From an uncultured virus (IMG/VR IMGVR_UViG_3300033165_000106) (taxonomy: Duplodnaviria > Heunggongvirae > Uroviricota > Caudoviricetes): a stretch of 64,000 bases of DNA. The notes beneath the pieces were generated by a model. The model was not told the DNA's origin and made no database searches. It saw only the letters and a list, made by a program, of their open reading frames with translations. The position numbers and the translations under genes were made by a program. The DNA lies in IMG/VR virus record IMGVR_UViG_3300033165_000106. The stretch is one strand, 5' to 3'. Positions within the stretch are counted from its first letter, which is position 1, and each line of letters begins with the position of its first letter. Positions 57,991 through 64,000 of the stretch are shown piece after piece.

Positions 57991-58848
57991 ATGCTAACCC
58001 TATACGAGCGGAATGTAGTCGAAGAGATCTTGAACGCTTTGCTGGAGAACTTATCTCCGCTGTCGCGTGAATCTTACCGCGCTTCGATTGTCAGTTTCTT
58101 GCGGTTTTCGATTGCACGTAAGCAGGCCAACCCGTTTCAATCGCCCGTATCAGTTTTCACGGCGTATAAGACGGAACTCAAGAAAGAATACGCACCTGCA
58201 ACCGTCAATAAGAAACTGTCGGCAGTGCGTGAGTTTTTTCGTTACGCCTACATTCACGAGTTGATCACGCACGAGATGTATGAAGGTATCCGTCTCGTCT
58301 CGAATGTTCGCCAGTCGGGTGAGACGTGGCGTGAGTGGTTGGGTGAAGACGAAGCTCATGCTCTATTGGAAAAAGCCGATTTGCTGAGAGACAAGGTTGC
58401 AATTGTCTTGATGATGATCGTCGGTCTGCGCCGAGAAGAAGCGGTATCAGTTAAATGGGATCAACTCATCCAGCAAAACGGGGTGTGGCTGTTGGCGAAT
58501 GTCATCGGTAAGGGCAATAAGATCCGCCACCCTGAAATTCCAGATCGGTATATCCCATTGTTTCAGTTGTGGCGCGAAGACAACTACAAGGATTATATTC
58601 TGGTGTCGATTGACCGGCACGGTAATCTGGGAAATAGGCTGAACAAGACCTCACTCAATAAGATTATGAAAAAGTACGATGTACGACCGCACGATCTTCG
58701 CCGCACTTCGGCTAAACTGGCAGATGAAGGTGGTGCTCCTATTCGCGCCATTCAGAAGCAGTTAGGACACTCGTCCGTCAAAACAACTGAGATTTATATG
58801 GAGCCTATGCGTGTAGGTGAGAGCGCGGTACACTACATTAAAATATGA
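57991..58848 (+). CDS. Tyrosine recombinase/integrase (XerC/D-like)
   Basis: APATVNKKLSAVREFF; GLRREE, GKGNK, HDLRR, LGH, IY catalytic set. Confidence 0.93.
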   Translation: MLTLYERNVVEEILNALLENLSPLSRESYRASIVSFLRFSIARKQANPFQSPVSVFTAYKTELKKEYAPATVNKKLSAVREFFRYAYIHELITHEMYEGIRLVSNVRQSGETWREWLGEDEAHALLEKADLLRDKVAIVLMMIVGLRREEAVSVKWDQLIQQNGVWLLANVIGKGNKIRHPEIPDRYIPLFQLWREDNYKDYILVSIDRHGNLGNRLNKTSLNKIMKKYDVRPHDLRRTSAKLADEGGAPIRAIQKQLGHSSVKTTEIYMEPMRVGESAVHYIKI

Positions 58849-58882
58849 GGCGCGCCAAGCGCCCTACTCCGAGAGGTGTGAG

Positions 58883-59311
58883 ATGGACGATTTATCCGAT
58901 GGACTGTACGACATACTGTACGACGCCGCCAGGAATGGACACTATATCTCCCCAGCCAACGGCCCGGAGCGTCCGGAATTAAAAACGGTGCTTGCTTTGG
59001 GGCTGTTAACTCCGGGATTGAAGCACGTCTACTGGCATCGTTATGAACTGACAGCGAAGGGTGTTGCCCAACTGAAGCAGAAGAAGGTGCGCGCCATCCA
59101 GGTAGACTTTCCAGGCCAGCCGCCGCTGATACTGCGCAGCCAAGATGAGTTCGAGAGGGACGTTCTGGCGGGCATCGTCAACGATACGTTGGATTGCCAG
59201 ATGGACGAACGCAATGGGTTTTCCGACGATGGCACCGAACTGTTCCGTGTGTCCGTCAAAGTCATTGACCTGTATACGCTGGCGACCTTGCCCGATTGGG
59301 AGCCAGTATAG
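58883..59311 (+). CDS. Hypothetical protein (winged-helix-like N-terminus)
   Basis: RBS GAGGTG; LGLL...YELTAKG. Confidence 0.55.
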   Translation: MDDLSDGLYDILYDAARNGHYISPANGPERPELKTVLALGLLTPGLKHVYWHRYELTAKGVAQLKQKKVRAIQVDFPGQPPLILRSQDEFERDVLAGIVNDTLDCQMDERNGFSDDGTELFRVSVKVIDLYTLATLPDWEPV

Positions 59312-59349
59312 CAGGCGCGCACAGCGCCCTACCCTGGGAGGTGTGAGAC

Positions 59350-59559
59350 ATGAACAAACAACAAGCAAAACAACATATCTGTAGCATCGCGGCGGATATT
59401 GTAAGCTGCTTGGATGAACCGCTACTTTTTGCAGATACCGGAGAACCTCATACCGATGAGGACACTGCCCGCTTACGACAAGCGCGTGATGAGCTGGTGC
59501 GCGAACTCAAACGACGCAGTAAGCCAGTGCAAAAGAAGACCCACGAAGACGAAGACTAG
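59350..59559 (+). CDS. Hypothetical protein
   Basis: RBS GGAGGTG. Confidence 0.6.
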   Translation: MNKQQAKQHICSIAADIVSCLDEPLLFADTGEPHTDEDTARLRQARDELVRELKRRSKPVQKKTHEDED

Positions 59560-59591
59560 CGGGCGCACAGCGCCCTACCCCGGAGGAGGGG

Positions 59592-59846
59592 ATGATGGAA
59601 CCATACGTGTATTTCAACATTGACGGCCACATAAAAAACGCCGGCCCAGGCTGGGTTGGCGGACGCTGGCAAGTCGGAAAAACTGAACCGCTCCCACTCG
59701 CCGTCATGCTGGCTAAGCTGACCAAAATCGTGCTGGACCACTACATGCAGTTTGAGGACACCGACACGCTCAACAACAATCTGGACAAGTTCCGACAGGT
59801 TATCAACGACGTGCGCATTATTGAGGAGGCCCCCGACCATGACTGA
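59592..59846 (+). CDS. Hypothetical protein
   Basis: RBS GGAGG. Confidence 0.55.
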   Translation: MMEPYVYFNIDGHIKNAGPGWVGGRWQVGKTEPLPLAVMLAKLTKIVLDHYMQFEDTDTLNNNLDKFRQVINDVRIIEEAPDHD

Positions 59847-60189
59847 CCAACTGCTGCCCCCCGACGACTTGCGCGCAATCGAGGCGCGGGCGGAGAACTG
59901 GCAAGACCTGAACCTGGATTTTTTAGCCTTTCAAGACATCCCCGCGCTGCTGGCGCACATCCGCGCCCAGGACGCGGCGCTGGCGCGGCTGCGGGACGCG
60001 CTGGCGGCGCTTGTGGACGCTGAGGCGCACGGCACACCTGGTGGGTATATCGGCGTAGACACAGGCGGAGAGACACATGACCGCCACTGCACTTACTGCT
60101 ATACATTCTGGCGCATGGGCGAACCCGAACGCCACGACGACGACTGCCCGGTAGCCGTCGCCCGCGCGCTGCTGGACGGGAGCGAATGA
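59839..60189 (+). CDS. Hypothetical protein (Ead/Ea22-like, C-terminal CxxC/HxxxC)
   Basis: LRAIEARA...DIPALLA.IR; CTYC...HDDDCP; RBS GAGGAGG. Confidence 0.6.
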   Translation: MTDQLLPPDDLRAIEARAENWQDLNLDFLAFQDIPALLAHIRAQDAALARLRDALAALVDAEAHGTPGGYIGVDTGGETHDRHCTYCYTFWRMGEPERHDDDCPVAVARALLDGSE

Positions 60190-60473
60190 TGCTTAAAAGA
60201 CGTGTAGAATTTATTGGTTTGCAAAATGGAGAAACTGTCTCTGGGCACATCTACGCTCGTAATTGGGACGAAGTAACTGATTATTTAAACTCAGAGAATG
60301 TAGAAAAGGCGCTCATGGGCTATGCGGGATTTGTGCCTGAGAATCTTATTCTGCCCCACTCTATTGTAATGTTAATTGTCAATAAGTTTGGTAGGGATGC
60401 AGGTCAAATGCTTGAAGAGACAAACAACTGGTTTTTAGGGTTATTGGAGAAAACAGTTAATGAGGACTTTTAA
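60186..60473 (+). CDS. Hypothetical protein
   Basis: ATGA coupling. Confidence 0.55.
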   Translation: MMLKRRVEFIGLQNGETVSGHIYARNWDEVTDYLNSENVEKALMGYAGFVPENLILPHSIVMLIVNKFGRDAGQMLEETNNWFLGLLEKTVNEDF

Positions 60474-60741
60474 GATAGACAGGCTGACAGATGAGCAAGT
60501 CGAATCTCTTCTGCAGGAATATAAAGAGAGATACGAAAAAGAGGTTGACAATATTCTCGAAACACGCTCTCCTAACGATTATGTGTTGGATGAGATTTAT
60601 CAGATCATTTGCGTGTTATCTGAGATTCAAGATACACGAAATGCACTCAGAAAAATTGCTTATCGGTTTTATTTGACAGATCCAGTTGATACGGTTACTA
60701 TTTTACGAGATACTGCTGTAGAGGCTTTAGAAGATGAATGA
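60460..60741 (+). CDS. Hypothetical protein
   Basis: Operon packing. Confidence 0.55.
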   Translation: MRTFKIDRLTDEQVESLLQEYKERYEKEVDNILETRSPNDYVLDEIYQIICVLSEIQDTRNALRKIAYRFYLTDPVDTVTILRDTAVEALEDE

Positions 60742-60958
60742 TATTGATGATATAGCGTATCTTGTTTATGATTTGCTAAGTTGTGATGAGAGCTTGAGTT
60801 GGACTATAGGTGATTTATATTGGGCATTAAGTGCAACAGAACCTGACAAGGATATTACACTGAATGAAGTTAGATATGCTGTATGGTATTTGATTGACGA
60901 AGTAAAAGCCGATTTAACATCTGACAGAAAGGTTATATTTCACAATGATAACGTTTAA
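60734..60958 (+). CDS. Hypothetical protein (wHTH-like)
   Basis: Operon packing. Confidence 0.5.
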   Translation: MNDIDDIAYLVYDLLSCDESLSWTIGDLYWALSATEPDKDITLNEVRYAVWYLIDEVKADLTSDRKVIFHNDNV

Positions 60959-61081
60959 GTGGGGCCAATTCACGATTAGGGTGAACATTTTACTTCTGTT
61001 GTGTGTTCCACTTATGTTATTTGGTCAGTATGAGATAGCAATCTGGTTAGTGTTGTGCGGTATATACGGAGTGTTGGCGCA

Positions 61082-61447
61082 ATGAAACCTAAGCGAGGCG
61101 TGTTTTCTTTGCGGGGTTGGTTGTACTGGCAATTGCGCGTGTTGCCAGATAAAGATGATGTTAAAGATGTGTTTAAGTCACTTTTAGATTTTTTGGATGA
61201 GATGACATCTGATACAGAATCGAGTATAGGAATTAGTTCTATACTGTTTGGTATTTGTTTTATGGTTGTTTCTCTAACCCTGATAGTTGTTGGAGAAGTA
61301 TTATCTATATCAGTAGATGATTACGCGGGATATATAATTTTACTCTCTCTTCTGTTATCTTTTTTAAGTATTTCTCTCATGCACTATCTTTTGTATGTAT
61401 ATAAAGCAGAACTCAAGGAGAAAAATGATGAAACCCAATCGCGGTGA
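61082..61447 (+). CDS. Two-TM membrane protein
   Basis: Two hydrophobic stretches. Confidence 0.55.
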   Translation: MKPKRGVFSLRGWLYWQLRVLPDKDDVKDVFKSLLDFLDEMTSDTESSIGISSILFGICFMVVSLTLIVVGEVLSISVDDYAGYIILLSLLLSFLSISLMHYLLYVYKAELKEKNDETQSR

Positions 61448-61652
61448 TGTGGTCTATATCGTAGATCGAAACGGAAAGAAGACTCACAATAAAACCCATG
61501 TAATGCACGTGTGGGAAAATTACGACGACTGCTGGCATATTCATGATGAGTTTGTCGTGCCCATGAAAGTTAGGTGGGACGGCGAAAGTTGGATACAGTG
61601 TATAGAAAGGCCAAGCGAGACAAAAACGAAAAGCGACTCGTGGATTTTTTAA
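61425..61652 (+). CDS. Hypothetical protein
   Basis: RBS AAGGAG. Confidence 0.5.
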   Translation: MMKPNRGDVVYIVDRNGKKTHNKTHVMHVWENYDDCWHIHDEFVVPMKVRWDGESWIQCIERPSETKTKSDSWIF

Positions 61653-61933
61653 GGCGATGCGGAGCGTCAATAGCCTATCTGGACGATCCTGGTGTACCGG
61701 ATCTTCTGGTGGGCTATTGTGGTTTAAATCTGTTATTAGAAGTCAAAGGGCAGAAAGGTAGACTTACCAGTGCTCAAAAATCTTTTATCCAGAATTGGAG
61801 CGGCACCGTTTATGTGGTCAGAACCATCCGAGATGTCAAACTTGCCCTTAGATCCGAGCGCCTACGGCATAACGGATGTTTACACCTGGCGGCAGTATCT
61901 CAAAAAGGAACTGCTCAAGAAGCGGGGGTATAA
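61574..61933 (+). CDS. VRR-NUC / PD-(D/E)xK nuclease
   Basis: AKRD.NE, GVPDLLV, LLEVK, LT.AQ. Confidence 0.8.
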   Translation: MGRRKLDTVYRKAKRDKNEKRLVDFLRRCGASIAYLDDPGVPDLLVGYCGLNLLLEVKGQKGRLTSAQKSFIQNWSGTVYVVRTIRDVKLALRSERLRHNGCLHLAAVSQKGTAQEAGV

Positions 61934-62198
61934 GTCAGATTGGTCGGGCGAGAAACTTAAAGGGTGTCACATGCACGAGGGTATTCTGACTCGCGCTAAT
62001 GTCCCTAAAAGTATTTCGTGGCATATTCTGATCTACCACGAATATAACTGCTTTCTTCTTTCGGTAGACGAGCATACACCCGCTCCACCGTCAAGGGAAT
62101 GGTGTATTGAGAAGTCCTACGAACTCTATGGCAGAGACAAAGTAAGATTCTGGTACTATCACTTACCTTTCAAGGTATTTCCGTTTCAACTCCCTTGA
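61833..62198 (+). CDS. Degenerate HNH-like protein
   Basis: HMHE....R...HEYNCFLL...H. Confidence 0.45.
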   Translation: MSNLPLDPSAYGITDVYTWRQYLKKELLKKRGYKSDWSGEKLKGCHMHEGILTRANVPKSISWHILIYHEYNCFLLSVDEHTPAPPSREWCIEKSYELYGRDKVRFWYYHLPFKVFPFQLP

Positions 62199-62223
62199 CA
62201 AACATTAAATCCCGTGTTACACT

Positions 62224-63441
62224 CTACTCAAAGGAGAGCGTACGTGACGACTCTCCCCGCTTTAGCGGGGAGCTTCCCAGAGCACGCTCGCCGCAACCGG
62301 CCACGTTACGCTCTGGCGGCCCCGTCCGGGCCGAGTTGACCGCTAAAAACAAGATATTCCGAGCGGCGTTCACGTCGCGGTCAGCCATGTAGCCGCAGTG
62401 AGGACAACGGTGTACACGAACGCTCAAATCCTTTTCGACCATCGCCCCACAGGCCGAGCACACCTGCGATGTGTAGGCGGGGTTCACAGTCACCACTTCA
62501 GTACCAGCACTCTCAGCCTTGTACTGAAGCAGTTGTCGGAACTCCGCCAGCCCCGCATCGTATGCGCTCAGGGCCAGGCGGCGGTTGGCGGTCAGAAAAG
62601 TGAGCGTGAGGTCTTCGAGGGCAATCAGCCCGTAGGCATCGACAAGCTGGCGGGTGAGCTTGTGCCAGAAATCGCGACGCTGGTTGGCGACGCGTTCGTG
62701 CAGCCGGGCGACCTGCGCGGCGGCTTCCCGCCAGCCACGGCTGCCCTTCCTGCGCCGCGCCATGCGCCGCTGAGCGACACGCAGTTTCGCCAGCGAACGG
62801 CGCAGCCAGCGCGGGTTATCGACCGTGACGCCATCCGACAGCGCCAGCAGGCTATGCAATCCCATGTCGATGCCAACCGCCGGGCCGGTGTGTGGGACCA
62901 CAATTGGCTCAGGCAGGTCGAGCATCAAGCACACGTACCACTTGCGGTTGCGACGCTTCAAGATGACGTGCTTGATCGTCGCGTCGTTAGGAACCGAACG
63001 GTGATACTTGACTTTGACTTCACCCACGTTCTGAACGTAGAACAGCGCCCGTTCGCGGTCGTCAAAGCGCAGCTTACAGCCATCGCCGTAGCGGTATTCC
63101 AGGCTGTTGAAGTGGTGACGCCCCTTGAAGCGCGGAAAGCCCGCCTTCTCGCCCGCTTCCAGGCGGCGGAAGAACGCGCGAAAGGCTTTGTCCAGGCGGC
63201 GCAGCATCTGCTGTACGCTGGTCGCGTTCAACTGGCCGAGCGTGTCGGGATTGGCGCGGCGCTGGTCACGAAAGTGCGCACACTGCTGGGTGTAGCTCAC
63301 GCCCTTGCCAGTCTCTTTGTAGACGGTGATGCGCTGTTCCAGCGCGGCATTGTAGAGCAGGCGAGCTTGCCACAGCAGGAAGTCGAGCGCCTTCTCTTGC
63401 GCGTTCGTGGGATACAGCCGGTACTTGTAGGTGCGGATCAT
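62224..63441 (-). CDS. tnpB: TnpB RNA-guided endonuclease
   Basis: RTYKYRLYPT, RuvC GIDMG / LEDL / DRDVNAA, CSAC...CPHC. Confidence 0.95.
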   Translation of the reverse strand: MIRTYKYRLYPTNAQEKALDFLLWQARLLYNAALEQRITVYKETGKGVSYTQQCAHFRDQRRANPDTLGQLNATSVQQMLRRLDKAFRAFFRRLEAGEKAGFPRFKGRHHFNSLEYRYGDGCKLRFDDRERALFYVQNVGEVKVKYHRSVPNDATIKHVILKRRNRKWYVCLMLDLPEPIVVPHTGPAVGIDMGLHSLLALSDGVTVDNPRWLRRSLAKLRVAQRRMARRRKGSRGWREAAAQVARLHERVANQRRDFWHKLTRQLVDAYGLIALEDLTLTFLTANRRLALSAYDAGLAEFRQLLQYKAESAGTEVVTVNPAYTSQVCSACGAMVEKDLSVRVHRCPHCGYMADRDVNAARNILFLAVNSARTGPPERNVAGCGERALGSSPLKRGESSRTLSFE

Positions 63442-63921
63442 GCGCTATTGCCCCCTTTGTTCATCAATGTACCGCTTGATTATCTCTGCGCTGACGTGCC
63501 CGGCTGTTCCAACATAGTACGAACGTGTCCAAAGCGAAGGCAAGCGACTCCTGAGATGCGGAAATTCTTTTCGCAGTTGATAGCTGGTCTCACCTTTCAG
63601 TCGGTACATGATCTGGCTAATCGCCAAAGTTGGCGGGAATGAAGCGAACAGGTGCACGTGGTCTGGCATCACAACCAGATCAAGCACCTCACCACCAAGC
63701 TCCCGGACGTAATCGGGCAGCAACTTGGTAAGGCGCACGCCAACAGCACCATCCAAAACTGGACGCCGATATTTCGGACACCAGATGAGGTGGTAGTTGA
63801 TGTTGTAGGTTGCGTGTCGAGTTTGTTTGCTCATAGCAATTTAATTATATCACGGGAGAGGAAAGGAGGCAAGCGCCATTTCCCACCGAGCTAAAGCCCG
63901 GTGTCCCTCGGCGCAATTTCT
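62244..63921 (-). mobile_element. IS200/IS605-family element (IS605 group), complete
   Basis: tnpA+tnpB; RE hairpin CTCCCCGC-TAAA-GCGGGGAG ending TCAC; LE hairpin CACCGGGC-TTTA-GCTCGGTG; CCAT upstream of LE; GC-rich. Confidence 0.9.
63445..63834 (-). CDS. tnpA: TnpA Y1 HUH transposase
   Basis: YHLIWCPKYR, PDHVH, LWTRSYY, YIDEQ. Confidence 0.95.
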   Translation of the reverse strand: MSKQTRHATYNINYHLIWCPKYRRPVLDGAVGVRLTKLLPDYVRELGGEVLDLVVMPDHVHLFASFPPTLAISQIMYRLKGETSYQLRKEFPHLRSRLPSLWTRSYYVGTAGHVSAEIIKRYIDEQRGQ

Positions 63922-64000
63922 ATGGGATTCTGGAATTTTCCTCGAAGCTCCAAGTTAGACATCTTAGACGACCGCAGACACGTTCACATTTACCTGTCTG
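63922..64000 (+). CDS. 5' end of a phage gene separated from its promoter/RBS by the IS (partial)
   Basis: ATG GGA TTC TGG... open to window end; removing the IS restores AAGGAGAG-cgtac-ATG. Confidence 0.6.
   Translation, partial: MGFWNFPRSSKLDILDDRRHVHIYLS

Larger units (their letters stand above)
58849..59586 (+). repeat. Three copies of a stop-to-start junction repeat
   Basis: GGCGC..AGCGCCCTAC.C.G.GAGG at 58849-58883, 59314-59348, 59561-59586. Confidence 0.8.

Noticed and set aside
62398..63642. 414-aa plus-strand ORF
   Set aside because: Antisense shadow of GC-rich tnpB/tnpA
1..64000. Diversity-generating retroelement, retron, intein or self-splicing intron
   Set aside because: No reverse transcriptase motif seen; TerL, DnaB, PolA and capsid are of normal length and uninterrupted

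Overview
The window is a 64-kb segment of a tailed, probably temperate dsDNA phage or prophage. The host is inferred to be Chloroflexota-like, from a Thr/Pro-linker SH3 glycoside hydrolase and GAAC-N4-GTTC LexA boxes. The left arm (minus strand, about 1-35.7 kb) carries, in transcription order, many small genes, two DNA methyltransferases, tRNA-Arg, a radical SAM enzyme, a remote GT2, a metallophosphoesterase, TerS/TerL, portal, prohead protease, major capsid protein, an HNH nuclease, a GC-rich fibre/lysis-like island and an 8-gene sugar-synthesis/glycosyltransferase operon that runs off the left edge. A repeat-rich control region (35.7-41.4 kb) has LexA-box arrays, nested inverted repeats and small early-type genes. 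The right arm (plus strand) carries a Fic protein, HNH, an RNA operon, DnaQ-like exonuclease, primase, DnaB helicase, PolA, a third MTase, a RelE-like protein, a tyrosine recombinase followed by repeat-delimited GC-rich genes, a VRR-NUC nuclease and a complete IS605-type (tnpA+tnpB) element. The most striking observation is a ~121-nt RNA at 47239-47359 with the tRNA-like hallmarks of tmRNA (G3.U70, UUCGAC, GGAC, helix 2) but no tag reading frame or pseudoknots, and a resume-like motif followed directly by UAA. All calls were made by eye; no searches were run.
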